NCBI GenBank assembly: GCA_003022365.1
Contig: PXOU01000018.1
Location: 11,900-75,899 of the forward strand
DNA length: 64,000 bases
Origin: Candidatus Saccharibacteria bacterium QS_5_54_17
GTDB taxonomy: Bacteria; Patescibacteriota; Saccharimonadia; QS-5-54-17
Direction: 5' to 3'
Shown here: one piece after another, positions 27,242-37,857 of the stretch
Layout of the letters: the number at the start of each line of letters is the position of its first letter
Position numbering within the stretch: the stretch's first letter is position 1
Program-made: the position numbers and the translations under genes
Notes under the pieces: generated by a model
What the model saw: only the letters and a program-made list of their open reading frames with translations
The model's database searches: none
Told to the model about the DNA's origin: nothing

Positions 27242-28221
27242 CCTACATTCGACTTTCGATCCGAACACTTGCCTTGGTTAACTCTTCCGAGAATACCTCG
27301 TTGGGCGTGGCGTAGTCCAGGCATTTTCTGGGCCGGTTTTATGGTATTCGTTGGTGCCCCGCTGCCAGGAGGAATAGGGATCGGCGAAGTACACATTCGT
27401 ACCAAGACCGTTGGTCAGTTGCTCGTGTCGGGAGTGCTCCTTGCCATTATCCAGCGTTGTGCTCAGTCGGCTCCCGGGAGGCAGGGTGGCAAAGATAGCC
27501 AGCTGGGCGGAGAGGGTTTCCGCCGAGGCAATCCGATCAACTTTACGAGCAAACGTCTTACGGCTCTTTCTTTCTACCTCGGTGTGAATACCATCTTTGT
27601 GGACACGCCGGCCTTCGATACTGTCACCCTCGAAATGCCCGAACTCCGCCCGCTCTTCAACCGTCACCGGCCGCTGATGAATGGATACCCGATTTGGTAT
27701 ACGGCTGCGACAGGTTTTGCGGCCGCCCTGTTTGCGCCGCTTCTTCTGTTTCCGGGGCAGATACTCCCAGAGCCGTTTACCCTTGTTCTCCTCGGCATAG
27801 ATGAACCGGTAGATGGTTTCGTGGTTGATGTGCCGGGTCTTCTCCCGTGGATAGTCTCGCTTCAGCCGGCCGCTGATCTGCTCTGGACTCCAACCATCCC
27901 CCAATCTGGCGTGGACGTAGGCGTAGAGCCAGGGATTCTTGAGGGGGTGTCGTTGATAACTCCGCGCCCTGCGCTGCTCTGACAGATGCTGGGCCCGTAT
28001 AGCTACATATTCGCCGCCCACTGGACCGCCTTGTCGGATTTCAGCAGCGATAGTGGTATGAGACCGGCCGAGACGACGACCGATCTCCCTGTTTGACAAC
28101 CCTTGGGCGTGCCAGAGGGCCAGTTTGTCCCGTTCCACGGGAGTAAGTTTGGTGTGATGTTGCTTCATAATCCGAGTCTACCCTTCCCGGAAGGGTGGTC
28201 GGATCACAAATAGAACTTAGG
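27242..28221 (-). mobile_element. IS30-family insertion sequence (defective)
   Basis: Imperfect 27-bp terminal IRs (27242-27268 / 28195-28221, 20/27 matches); apparent GGG target duplication. Confidence 0.85.
27243..28168 (-). pseudogene. IS30 transposase with internal deletion and frameshift
   Basis: 'WSPEQI', 'HETIY', 'GHFEGD', 'DNGKE', 'WQRGTNEYH', then jumps directly to 'NRPRKCLDYATPNEVF..VRIESRM' in another frame. Confidence 0.85.
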
Positions 28222-28261
28222 GGGCGCCCGGGGTTTTTGCTGGTGTGCTACAATAGCGTGA

Positions 28262-29491
28262 GTGGAACAAAACCAAAGCGACGAGCAGAAAAACAACAAA
28301 CGGTTCCAGGGAGGTTTTGGGCTGCCCACGGTGTTGGCCGTCGGCGCGGTGGTGGGTATCTTGGGCTTCGGATTGGGCAAACAGACCGGTCCCCTCAACC
28401 TGAACCAATACGCCTCCACCAATCAGGAGCTTCCCCAGGACCTCAGCTACCAATCGGTGGAGGAAGTCTACGACAAACTCCGGGAAAGATACGCCGGTGA
28501 CCTGGAGCGGGAGGCGCTCATCAACGGCATGAAAAGCGGGTTGGTCAAGGCAGCCGACGACCCGTTTACCCAGTACTTGGACGCCGAAGCGGCCACCAGA
28601 TTAGAGCAAAACCTGGAAGGCGAATTCGGCGGCATCGGTGCTGAAATCGGCAGACGTGACGGGCAACTGGTGATCGTGGCCCCGCTTGAGGGCACTCCGG
28701 CCGATGAAGCCGGCTTACAACCCCAGGATGCCATCGTGGCGGTGGACGGGGATAACGCCTCCGAGTGGACCATTCAGAAAGCCGTCAAGCGGATCCGGGG
28801 TGAAGAAGGGACCGATGTCACCCTGACCATCGTCCGTGATAACCAGAGCCGTGACGTTACCATCACCCGCGGGCAGATCGATACCCCCAGCGTCAAATCC
28901 GAGATGAAAAAGGGAGACATTGGCTACATCGAACTGACCCAGTTCAGCCAGGACTCCGCCCAGGAATTCCACCGGGCCGCCTCCCAGCTGCAGCAGCAAG
29001 GCGCCGAATCCATCATCGTCGACGTGCGCAATAACACCGGCGGTTATCTGGAGGCGGGCATTAACATCACCAGTGAATTCCTGGAGTCGGGGACGGTGAT
29101 CACCGAGCAACGCCGGGACGGGGAAGTCTTGAGCACGGAACGAGCCAGTAGCGGCGGTGAGTTGATGGGTGTGCCAGCGGTAGTCTTAATCAACGGCGGT
29201 TCGGCCAGCGCCAGCGAGATCATGGCCGGGGCGCTGCGGGACCACGACGCGGCCACCCTGGTGGGCCAGCAAACCTTCGGCAAGGGCAGCGTACAGGACT
29301 TAGCCGAATTCAGCGACGGCAGCGTCTTGAAAGTTACCATCGCCCGATGGTACACACCGGATGGCTCCAACATCGCCGAGGAAGGCATTACGCCGGACAA
29401 AGAGGTCAAAGCCAGCCGGGAAGAGATCCAAAACGGCAATGACCCGCAATTGCAACGGGCGCTGGACATACTCACCCAGCAGCGGGAATAG
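28262..29491 (+). CDS. ctpA: S41 family C-terminal processing peptidase
   Basis: 'DPFTQY', 'FGGIGAEI', PDZ domain, 'DVRNNTGG', 'SASASEI', 'TFGKGSVQ'. Confidence 0.93.
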   Translation: MEQNQSDEQKNNKRFQGGFGLPTVLAVGAVVGILGFGLGKQTGPLNLNQYASTNQELPQDLSYQSVEEVYDKLRERYAGDLEREALINGMKSGLVKAADDPFTQYLDAEAATRLEQNLEGEFGGIGAEIGRRDGQLVIVAPLEGTPADEAGLQPQDAIVAVDGDNASEWTIQKAVKRIRGEEGTDVTLTIVRDNQSRDVTITRGQIDTPSVKSEMKKGDIGYIELTQFSQDSAQEFHRAASQLQQQGAESIIVDVRNNTGGYLEAGINITSEFLESGTVITEQRRDGEVLSTERASSGGELMGVPAVVLINGGSASASEIMAGALRDHDAATLVGQQTFGKGSVQDLAEFSDGSVLKVTIARWYTPDGSNIAEEGITPDKEVKASREEIQNGNDPQLQRALDILTQQRE

Positions 29492-29860
29492 GAAGCAAGT
29501 AGCAAGAAGCAGGGAGCAGCAAGAAGTAAGTGGAAAGAAGCAAGTTTCGGAATCAGCTTTGAAACAGATCCTGAAACAAGTTCAGGATGACATCTCTTTT
29601 TCGTTACCCCCTCTGTCATTCCGAACTTGGTTCGGAATCTAATTCTGTAATACGGAAACTTATCCCGGATCACTTCGACCTTGTCCGCCCCAGGCGGACA
29701 GGCTCAGTGCGGGCGGGGTCCATAGCCTGTCCTGAATTCATTTCAGGAATGACATCTTCAGAGCCTGTCCTGAACTTGTTTCAGGAATGACAGGTTCAGA
29801 GCCTGTTGCTTCTCACCCCCTGTCTACCGTCTACTGTCTGCTGATTACTGTCTTTTGTTC
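29490..29860. repeat. Repeat mosaic R10 between convergent ctpA and pyrG
   Basis: Heptamer tracts on opposite strands at each end; nested TGTCCGCCCCAGGCGGACA palindrome. Confidence 0.9.
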
Positions 29861-31451
29861 CCCGCGCGGCTGCTTGGATGAATCCGCAGAACAAGGGATT
29901 GGGCCGCTGGGGTCGGGAGGTGAATTCGGGGTGGAACTGGCTGCCCACGAAGAAGGGGTGGTCCGCTAACTCCACCATCTCTACCAGTTCGTTATCCGGG
30001 GAAACCCCGGACAAGACCAAGCCGGCTTGTTGCAACGGTTCCCGGTAGTCGTTGTTGAACTCGTACCGGTGCCGGTGCCGCTCCCGGATGCGGTCCGTGC
30101 CATATAACCCGCGGGCCAGGCTGTCCTCGGAGATCAAGCATTGGTAGTCGCCCAGCCGCATGGTGCCGCCCATATCCTCGGTTTCTTGTTGGCTGCTCAT
30201 CAGGCTGATGACCGGGTGTGGGGTGTGGGGGTCAAATTCGGTGGAATTAACGTCCCCGTTCAGCGTCTTCCGGCCGAGGGCGATGACACCGACTTGCATG
30301 CCTAGACACAGGCCCAGATAGGGGAGCTGGTTATCCATGGCATACCGGGCCGCTTTAATCTTGCCTTCGATGCCGCGGGCGCCGAATCCGCCCGGGATAA
30401 TGATGCCATCGATATGCCGCAGGCTCCGCTTATCCAGGCGCCGCCCCAAACGTTCGGCGTCCAGCCAGGTGATGTCGGCTTTGACACCGTGATGCCAGCA
30501 GGCGGCTTTTATAGCTTCGAATACGCTTTTGTAGGTATCTTCGTGGGCCATGTACTTGGCGACCACCCCGATGCAAACAGTCGGTACGTCGTCCCGGGCG
30601 GCCCGCTCGACTAATTGATGCCAGGACCCCAGATCTGTTTTGCCAGGTTTCAGGTTGAGTTTTTCGGTCAGGGTGTCGGCGACAGTCTGGAGTCTCAAGG
30701 GAATCTGGTAGACGCTGTCAACCGTGGGTACGACGCTGATGGCTTCGGCGTCGATGTCGGTGTACATCCGGAGTTTGTGCCGGACGGCGTGGTTGGCTTC
30801 CTGTTCGGAGCGGGCGATCAGGATGTCGGGCGTGACCCCAAAACTGCGTAGATTGCGGACCGCGTTCTGGGCCGGTTTGGTCTTGATCTCTTTGCTGGCT
30901 TCGATATAGGGCAGATAGACCACGTGTATATACCGGACGTTTTCCGGTCCGACCCGTTGCTTGAACTCCCGGATGGCTTCCAGGGAACTTAAGCTCTCAT
31001 AATCACCGACCGTACCGCCGATCTCCACGAAATGTACGTCCTGTCCCTCGCCGGCGGCGGCGATCTCGTCCTGGATGGCGTCGGTGATGTGGGGAATGAT
31101 CTGGACGGTTTTGCCCAGGTACTCGCCGGCCCGCTCGTCGTTGATGACCCGGGAGAGCACCCGGCCGATCATCAGCGAGCTTTTCTGGTCCAGCTCCTGG
31201 TCCAGGAATCGTTCGTAATGTCCCAAGTCCAGATCGGTTTCGGCGCCGTCGGCGGTAACGAATACCTCGCCGTGTTCGGCCGGGTTCAAAGTGCCGGCAT
31301 CGGTGTTCAGGTACGGATCGCATTTTTGTATGTTTACGTTCATCCCGCGGGATTTGAGAATTTTAGCCAGACTGGCGGCGGTGATGCCTTTGCCGACGCC
31401 GGACAGCACGCCGCCGGTTACAAATACGTATTTCGTTTGCCGCCGCGCCAC
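29796..31451 (-). CDS. pyrG: CTP synthase
   Basis: 'KYVFVTGGVLSGVGKG', 'DLDLGHYERF', 'KTKPAQ', 'GLCLGMQ', 'QFHPEF'; GTG at 31451 with SD AGGAGG. Confidence 0.97.
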   Translation of the reverse strand: MARRQTKYVFVTGGVLSGVGKGITAASLAKILKSRGMNVNIQKCDPYLNTDAGTLNPAEHGEVFVTADGAETDLDLGHYERFLDQELDQKSSLMIGRVLSRVINDERAGEYLGKTVQIIPHITDAIQDEIAAAGEGQDVHFVEIGGTVGDYESLSSLEAIREFKQRVGPENVRYIHVVYLPYIEASKEIKTKPAQNAVRNLRSFGVTPDILIARSEQEANHAVRHKLRMYTDIDAEAISVVPTVDSVYQIPLRLQTVADTLTEKLNLKPGKTDLGSWHQLVERAARDDVPTVCIGVVAKYMAHEDTYKSVFEAIKAACWHHGVKADITWLDAERLGRRLDKRSLRHIDGIIIPGGFGARGIEGKIKAARYAMDNQLPYLGLCLGMQVGVIALGRKTLNGDVNSTEFDPHTPHPVISLMSSQQETEDMGGTMRLGDYQCLISEDSLARGLYGTDRIRERHRHRYEFNNDYREPLQQAGLVLSGVSPDNELVEMVELADHPFFVGSQFHPEFTSRPQRPNPLFCGFIQAAARGTKDSNQQTVDGRQGVRSNRL

Positions 31452-31627
31452 CGGCCGCCTCCTGATAAACTGCCCGCATCGTACCATGGCCCAACCGTCC
31501 TGGCGCAAATCGTGATGGGTGGGGTATAATGGGAGTGACGAGTCACCATGTATACGTTCGCTGCTATGATAACCACGCCCATCTATTCCTTGGCTTCATC
31601 GAGCAGTAAACCCGGTAGACTGCTGCT

Positions 31628-32779
31628 GTGCATTTAGCGGTGCTGGGCGGGCTTCCGCGCTTGTCCCGGGCCGAACTGGAACGGATGCATTCCGGTGTGT
31701 CCGCCCACAGTGACGTTACGGCCGTGTTCGAAGAGGCCAGCTCGACCGGACCGGGCGGAAGCAGCAAAATCGCCCGGGTCATTGACCAACTGCCCACCAC
31801 TGATCCCAAAGCCATAGAATCCCAAATCCTCGACCACATTCCCGCCTATATGGGGGAAGCGGCGGGGAAGCTGTCGTTCGGCATCAGTCTGTATGGGGCT
31901 AGGTGGGGTGGGTACAAAAGCTTCTGTCTGAACGCCAAAAAACGCCTCAAATCGGCCGGTTTCCGGCCGCGGGTGGTATTAGGTCGTGAGCAGGCGCTCA
32001 GCTCCGCCCAAGTACTCCACAACGGGTTGGACCAAAGCAGGAGCGAACTCATCATCAGCATCGGCTCACAAGAGACCTACATTGCCCAAACGTACTGGGT
32101 GCAAGATGTGGACGCGCTGAGCAAGCGGGATATCCAGCGCCCCTGTCGGGACATGGAGACAGGGATGTTGCCGCCCAAACTGGCCCGAATGATGATTAAC
32201 CTGGCCGGCGGTTCACACCTATTTGATCCGTTCTGCGGCAGCGGGGTGGTGCTGGGGGAAGCGGTGTTGATGGGCAAGGAAGCAGTCGGAAGCGACATCA
32301 ATCCCGAGGCAGTGGAGTGCGCCCGGGCCAATTTGGAGTGGCTGGAGCAGGTGTTCGCCACCGGCTCCGCTCCGTCTTTGCAGGTTGCCGACGCACGAGG
32401 GGTGGCCATCCCGTCCGGCGTGGACGCGGTGGTGGGGGAAATGGATTTGGGGCCCATCATGACCCGGCAGGCGCCGCGAAGCAGATTGAACCAATTGGCG
32501 GATGAGGCCAATTCACTTCTGGCTGACACCTTGGGCGGACTGCAACCACAACTCTCCCATGGCACCCCCCTGTGCTTGGCCGCACCCGTCTGGCCAAGCG
32601 GGGAAGGCTTCATACGGCCGGCGCTGGCTGCTGTTGGCGACAACGACGGAGCAATTGACGAGGTGGGCGCCCTGGGGTACAATCAGATTGATATACCCGG
32701 CGTCAGATATAGGGATCTGCATTACCGCAGACGTGGTCAGTACGTAGGCCGGCAATTAATGCTGTTGGAGCGAATCTAA
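31628..32779 (+). CDS. TRM11/UPF0020-family SAM-dependent (RNA) methyltransferase
   Basis: 'GMLPPKLARMMINL', 'DPFCGSG', 'GSDI', 'DAR'. Confidence 0.8.
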   Translation: MHLAVLGGLPRLSRAELERMHSGVSAHSDVTAVFEEASSTGPGGSSKIARVIDQLPTTDPKAIESQILDHIPAYMGEAAGKLSFGISLYGARWGGYKSFCLNAKKRLKSAGFRPRVVLGREQALSSAQVLHNGLDQSRSELIISIGSQETYIAQTYWVQDVDALSKRDIQRPCRDMETGMLPPKLARMMINLAGGSHLFDPFCGSGVVLGEAVLMGKEAVGSDINPEAVECARANLEWLEQVFATGSAPSLQVADARGVAIPSGVDAVVGEMDLGPIMTRQAPRSRLNQLADEANSLLADTLGGLQPQLSHGTPLCLAAPVWPSGEGFIRPALAAVGDNDGAIDEVGALGYNQIDIPGVRYRDLHYRRRGQYVGRQLMLLERI

Positions 32780-33052
32780 ATGTCGAAGGTTAAAAAGGGC
32801 GGTACAGTCAAAAATCTGCACGACTCACCCGGTCAGCGGCTGGGAGTTAAGCGATTCAGCGGCGAAGCCGTCAAAGCCGGCAACGTGCTGGTGCGGCAAC
32901 GGGGCATGACCAAGCGCCCGGGCGAAGGCGCCCGCGTGGGCCGGGATTACACCATCTACGCGGTCCGGGACGGGGAAGTCGAGTTTCATCAGACCCGGGT
33001 CCGGCGTTTCAGCGGCCACCGGGTTCGCCGGACGGTGGTTTCGGTTCGCTAA
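32780..33052 (+). CDS. rpmA: 50S ribosomal protein bL27
   Basis: 'KKGGTVKNLHDSPGQRLGVK', 'VRQRG', 'GRDYTIYA'. Confidence 0.95.
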   Translation: MSKVKKGGTVKNLHDSPGQRLGVKRFSGEAVKAGNVLVRQRGMTKRPGEGARVGRDYTIYAVRDGEVEFHQTRVRRFSGHRVRRTVVSVR

Positions 33053-33074
33053 GGCGCGAGAAAGCGTGGCGAGT

Positions 33075-33520
33075 AGCGCATATAGTCTCCCGGCGGCGGG
33101 ATTAGGAAGCAAGCAAAAAACAGAAAGTAGACGGCGAGTGAGAAACAGCAGGCTCTGAATATGTCATTCCTGAAACAAGTTCAGGACAGGCTCTGAATTT
33201 ATTTCAGGATCGGTTTCAGAATCATCCTTTCTTGTCATCCTGAACTTGGTTCAGGATCTGTTTTAAAACCATATCGGGTTAATGGATTCCGGCTCGACGG
33301 CCGGAATGACAAAGGGGCTGTGCAACTTTTGCAAGGACCGTCCTTGCAATTTTGCGCCGAGCAGCGCTTTTGGTAGCGATTTTTAATTTTGCAAGGACGG
33401 TCCTTGCAATTGTCGGTCCGGGATCGTTTTTCTGTTGCAGAATGAGATTCCGAAACAAGTTCGGAATGACAAAGAGGAAAAACAAGGAGGTGTTCAATAA
33501 GCAGGGAGACTATACGCCCG
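33075..33520. repeat. Repeat mosaic R11
   Basis: GACTATA-type terminal motif at both ends, in inverted orientation; TTGCAAGG dimer 33328-33410. Confidence 0.9.
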
Positions 33521-33523
33521 TAT

Positions 33524-33910
33524 TTATTCTTCCAGGCCTAAGTGGTATTTGATCCGGGAAATCACGTCGGCAATGACGACCTGGGATTTGACCAGATAGT
33601 CGTCCACGCCCAGATCCTTGGCTTTCTGCTGGTCGGATTCCTGGTTCAGGGCGGTCAGCATGACGATTTTGGCATCGGCGACTTCGGGGGTGTTGCGGAT
33701 GATGTCCAACACGTCGAATCCGCTGATCTTGGGCATCATGACATCCAGGAGAATCAAATCCGGTCGTTGCTCCAGGGCGTCACTGAGCGCTTGTTCGCCG
33801 TCATCACAGTGGCCTACTTGAAACCCTTCCGCTTCCAGGCGGGCTTGGTAGACGTTCGCCAACCCTTCATCATCTTCCACCAGAAGTATCTTTTTGCCGG
33901 TATCGTCCAT
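33524..33910 (-). CDS. Stand-alone response regulator receiver (CheY-like)
   Basis: 'KILLVEDD', 'PDLILLDVMMPKISG', 'MLTAL', 'YLVK'; no output domain. Confidence 0.9.
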   Translation of the reverse strand: MDDTGKKILLVEDDEGLANVYQARLEAEGFQVGHCDDGEQALSDALEQRPDLILLDVMMPKISGFDVLDIIRNTPEVADAKIVMLTALNQESDQQKAKDLGVDDYLVKSQVVIADVISRIKYHLGLEE

Positions 33911-33954
33911 TAACCATAAGCATACCGCGCCTGCCCGCACATGTACAGCCCTCC

Positions 33955-34365
33955 AGCAGTAGGCAGACAGCAGACAGGGAAAAGGGAACAAGAAGCAAGA
34001 AGCAGGGAGCAGGGAGCAAGCAGTAAGAAGTAAGAAGCAAGAAGTAAAAGTCTGGTAAATCCACCTTCGGCGCCGCGATTCACACTCTTGTCATCCTGAA
34101 TTTATTTCAGGATCAGATTCCGAACCAAGTTCGGAATGACAAATAGGGTAACCTCGTAATAACAAACTTTCTCTATGTCATCCTGAAGACGTCATCCCGG
34201 ACCCCGCCGGCACTGAGCAAGGTCGAAGTGATCCGGGATCGTTTCCTTGTTGCAGAATGAGATTCCGAAACAGGTTCGGAATGACGGAGGAGGCTCGGAA
34301 TGACAAAGAGGGTTTGCATTTTCTCGCTTACTCCCTACTTCTTACTGCTTACTTCTGGTTCTATG
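33955..34365. repeat. Repeat mosaic R12
   Basis: Purine heptamers at left, pyrimidine heptamers at right, nested palindromes between. Confidence 0.9.
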
Positions 34366-34400
34366 CCCGGTGTGCTGAGGTGTACTACAATGCGTAGGTA

Positions 34401-35429
34401 ATGCACATGAATCTGCAGCGGTGGCTGATTCTGGCCGGTTTGTTGATAGGCGGGCTGCTGGTATACCTGGCCCGGGCCGATATACTGGAAGCCTATCAAC
34501 TGTTACGGGAGACCGAGTGGTGGATCCTGCTGCTGGTGGTACCCATCCAGTTTGTCAATTACATAATCAAGGCCCAGTTTCATCGGAGTATGCTCAGCCA
34601 TTTCGGGTACGCGGTGTCACTGTGGCGATTATTCGGGCTTAACTGGGCGATATTTTTCATGAACATCACCCTGCCCACGGTGGGCCTGTCTTCGGTGCCG
34701 TTGATGGGGACGGTCCTCCGTAATGACGACGTACCCCCCGGCAAAAGTACCCTGGTGTATTTTTCCAAATACGCCATTACCTACGCCTCTTATATTTTCA
34801 TCCTGCTCTTCGGCGTGTTGACGTTATACTTCGCCGGGGATATCGCCGCCATCACCATCCGGTTCACCGTCTTGCTGGGGGTGGCCATCATCGGCGTCAG
34901 CGTCTTCGGCCTATTCGCGCTGTATGACCAGCGGGCCTTCGACTGGGTCGTCTACCGGATCCAGCGCGTGGTGGATTGGATCAGCCGGAAGTTCCGACGA
35001 GGGAAAGAATTGATCGGTGCCGCCCGGATCAAAACCATGTTGGTTGATTTTTATGACGGATTTCACCAGGTCATGCGGAACCGGGCTTATCTGAAGCAGC
35101 CGTTCTGGTGGGGATTGGCCGGCAACGTGGCCGAGTTAGCGATCTTGTTCGTGGTCTTCTGGGCGCTGGGAGTGATTCCCAATCCCGGGGTGGTAGTCAT
35201 TGCCTACGCCTTTGCCAACGGGGCAGGTTTTCTCAGCGTCATTCCCGGCGACTTCGGCGTCTATGAAATCGTCATGGTGGCGGTCCTGTCGGCGGCCGGC
35301 GTGCCGCTGTCGGTGGGGGTTTCGGCCACCCTTTTGTACCGGGTGGTGGTCAAGTTCGCCTTTCTGCCGATCGGATTTTACTTCTATACTACCTACATCC
35401 GGGAGGTTCCCAGTGGCCAGCGACATTAG
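34401..35429 (+). CDS. Lysylphosphatidylglycerol synthase TM-domain / flippase-like membrane protein (UPF0104)
   Basis: Multi-TM protein with 'IPGDFGVYE' and 'TLLYR' motifs. Confidence 0.78.
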   Translation: MHMNLQRWLILAGLLIGGLLVYLARADILEAYQLLRETEWWILLLVVPIQFVNYIIKAQFHRSMLSHFGYAVSLWRLFGLNWAIFFMNITLPTVGLSSVPLMGTVLRNDDVPPGKSTLVYFSKYAITYASYIFILLFGVLTLYFAGDIAAITIRFTVLLGVAIIGVSVFGLFALYDQRAFDWVVYRIQRVVDWISRKFRRGKELIGAARIKTMLVDFYDGFHQVMRNRAYLKQPFWWGLAGNVAELAILFVVFWALGVIPNPGVVVIAYAFANGAGFLSVIPGDFGVYEIVMVAVLSAAGVPLSVGVSATLLYRVVVKFAFLPIGFYFYTTYIREVPSGQRH

Positions 35430-36606
35430 CGTCAGCCAATTTATTCAGGCTATGAACGACACCCTGGCTGCCACCCATGCCATGGTGACGGTGGTGGGCG
35501 AGGTGTCCGGTTATAAAGAGTGGAACGGGCGGTTAGTCTTTTTCGATCTGAAAGACGAGGAGGCGGTGGTCAATTGTATGATCCCGCTGGGGATGCTGCG
35601 GGCGCCGGTGGAAGACGGCATGCGGATCCGGGTGCACGCGGCGGTTAAATTAACCCAGAAGGGCAGGTTTACCCTGAACGTCAAGCGCGTGGAACCGGTG
35701 GGGGAAGGCCATCTGCAACGACAGTTTGAGCTGTTAAAGGCTAAACTGGAGCGGGAAGGGCTGTTCGCCCCGGAGCGGAAACGGCCGGCTCCGGCGTTCC
35801 CGCGCCGGATCGCGGTGGTGACGTCGCTGGAATCGGCGGCCTATCGGGATTTCCGGAAAACTGTGGACGCCCGGTGGGGCGGGGTGGAGATCATCGCCGC
35901 CCATACCCAGGTGCAAGGCGAAACGGCGCCGGAAACCGTAGCTGCCGCGATTGCCTATATCGACCAACTATCCCCGGACGTAGACGTGCTGGTGGTCACC
36001 CGCGGCGGCGGCGGGCTGGAAGATCTGGCCGCCTTTAACAGTGAAAAGGTGGTCCGGGCGGTGGCCGGGAGCCGGGCGCCGACCGTGGTCGGGGTGGGCC
36101 ATGAGACTGATGTTTCCTTGAGCGATATGGCGGCCGATGTCCGGGCGGCGACGCCGAGCGATATCGCCCGGCACATCGTGCCCGACCGCGAAGAATTGCG
36201 GGCGTCACTGGCTCGAGATCGGCGGGTCATGGCCGGCTCGATGACTGGCTATATTGCTCAACAGCGCACCTGGCTCAACCAGCGGGTGGCGGCCATGGAA
36301 CGGGCCATAGATATTCCCCGTTATATGGAGCGGGTCACCCGGTCGAAAACTATGCTGGTTCGGCAGCAGCAACAACTATTGGCCCGGCAGCGGGAGCATC
36401 TGACGGGTTTACAGCGTACCTTAGGCAGCTATGATCCCGATGCCGTATTGCGGCGGGGCTACGCACTGGTGCGCCGCCAACAGGCCCTGATCAGGGAAGC
36501 AGCCAGAGTCTCGGTGGGGGAGCAGGTCGTGATACAATTAGCCCAAGGACAATTAGAGGCGGAAGTAACCGATGTCAGAGCAGAAGAAGACCACACCAGC
36601 CAATGA
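35413..36606 (+). CDS. xseA: Exodeoxyribonuclease VII large subunit
   Basis: 'VVGEVS', 'FFDLKD', 'VQGE', 'RGGGGLEDL..FNSE', 'GVGHETD', 'TPS', 'VLRRGYA'; GTG with SD GGGAGG. Confidence 0.95.
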   Translation: MASDISVSQFIQAMNDTLAATHAMVTVVGEVSGYKEWNGRLVFFDLKDEEAVVNCMIPLGMLRAPVEDGMRIRVHAAVKLTQKGRFTLNVKRVEPVGEGHLQRQFELLKAKLEREGLFAPERKRPAPAFPRRIAVVTSLESAAYRDFRKTVDARWGGVEIIAAHTQVQGETAPETVAAAIAYIDQLSPDVDVLVVTRGGGGLEDLAAFNSEKVVRAVAGSRAPTVVGVGHETDVSLSDMAADVRAATPSDIARHIVPDREELRASLARDRRVMAGSMTGYIAQQRTWLNQRVAAMERAIDIPRYMERVTRSKTMLVRQQQQLLARQREHLTGLQRTLGSYDPDAVLRRGYALVRRQQALIREAARVSVGEQVVIQLAQGQLEAEVTDVRAEEDHTSQ

Positions 36607-36853
36607 CTCCTCCGGATTCCAGCAACAACTCGGGGAGTTGGAACGGATCGTCGATTGGTTCGAGTCCGGAGAGATGGAAGATGTCGAGGAGGCGCTGGAA
36701 ACCTTCAAACGCGGCATGGAGCTGGCTCGGGAACTGGAAAAACGGCTGCAAGAGGCGGAGAATACAGTCCAGGAAATTACCCAAGGATTCGACCAGGATT
36801 CATTCGGCGAGGCGGATACAGACGAGGCGGATACAGACGAGGAATCGGCCTAG
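36572..36853 (+). CDS. xseB: Exodeoxyribonuclease VII small subunit
   Basis: 'LERIVDWFES..VEEALETFKRGMEL..L..AEN'; follows xseA. Confidence 0.9.
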   Translation: MSEQKKTTPANDSSGFQQQLGELERIVDWFESGEMEDVEEALETFKRGMELARELEKRLQEAENTVQEITQGFDQDSFGEADTDEADTDEESA

Positions 36854-36856
36854 CTA

Positions 36857-37339
36857 ATGGTGTATTGGTGGATAGCCGCGGCCGTGGTGACGGCCTTTGG
36901 CATGGGGGCGCTGGTGGGAGCGCCGTGGTTGCCGACCTTCCGGCGGGAAACCGAAACCGCGCTCGATTTGCTGGATCTTGGCCCTGGGCAGACCGTAATT
37001 GATCTGGGTTCGGGTACGGGGACGTTTCTGCTGGTGGCCGCACGACGGGGCATCTACGGCGTCGGGTATGAAGTCAATCCGTTTTTGTACCTGTGGTCAT
37101 TGGCCCGAACCTGGCCGCAGCGGCGCTACATCCGCCTTTATTGGCGGAATTACTGGCGGGTGGAGCTTCCGCCGGCCGACGGGGTGTATGCCTTTTTAAT
37201 CAAGCGCTTCATGGGTAAACTGGACGCCAAACTCGGGCGGGAACTGCCGCCCGGTACGCCGGTGGCTACCTACACCTTCCAGATCCCCGGCCGGCGGCCC
37301 GAAAACCAGCGCGGCGGCGTATTCCTGTACCGTTACTGA
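36857..37339 (+). CDS. Small membrane-anchored class I SAM-dependent methyltransferase
   Basis: 'GAPWLPT', 'IDLGSGTG', 'GYEVNP'. Confidence 0.82.
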   Translation: MVYWWIAAAVVTAFGMGALVGAPWLPTFRRETETALDLLDLGPGQTVIDLGSGTGTFLLVAARRGIYGVGYEVNPFLYLWSLARTWPQRRYIRLYWRNYWRVELPPADGVYAFLIKRFMGKLDAKLGRELPPGTPVATYTFQIPGRRPENQRGGVFLYRY

Positions 37340-37384
37340 AGGCTAGCTGGCGAGTTTTCGCCCTTCATTCGTGCCTTTCGACAG

Positions 37385-37815
37385 AAACTTATTGAACAGC
37401 TTCTCGCTGTCCCTCTTTGTCATTCCGAATTTAGTTCGGAATCGTTTCTGCAACAGGGAAACGATCCCGGACCGGTAATTGCAAGGACCGTCCTTGCAAA
37501 ATTAAAAATCGCTACCAAAAGCGCTACTCGGCGCAAAATTGCAAGGACGGTCCTTGCAAGAGTTGCACAGTACCTCCGTCATTCCGGCCCCCGAGCCCCG
37601 AATCCATTAACCGATATGTTCCTGAAATCAAGCCTGCAATAGATCCTGAAACAAGTTCAGGACAGGCTATGACCCCGATCCGGGATCAGTTTCAGAATCT
37701 GTTTTATAACTGATTCCGAAACAAGTTCGGAATGACAGAGAGGCTTTGCATTTTTTTACTTGCTTCTTGCTTCTTACTGCTTACTTCCTATTCCCGCTGC
37801 CGGGAGACTATACGG
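37385..37815. repeat. Repeat mosaic R13
   Basis: TTGCAAGG dimer 37478-37560, pyrimidine heptamers, GACTATACGG end. Confidence 0.9.
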
Positions 37816-37857
37816 TCTTATTGCGCTTACTAACCACATGCGCTACGATGGGCGTCA

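Noticed and set aside
36655-36672. tRNA T-loop-like GGTTCGAGTCC
   Set aside because: Lies inside the xseB coding frame with no cloverleaf; no tRNA or rRNA was found in the window
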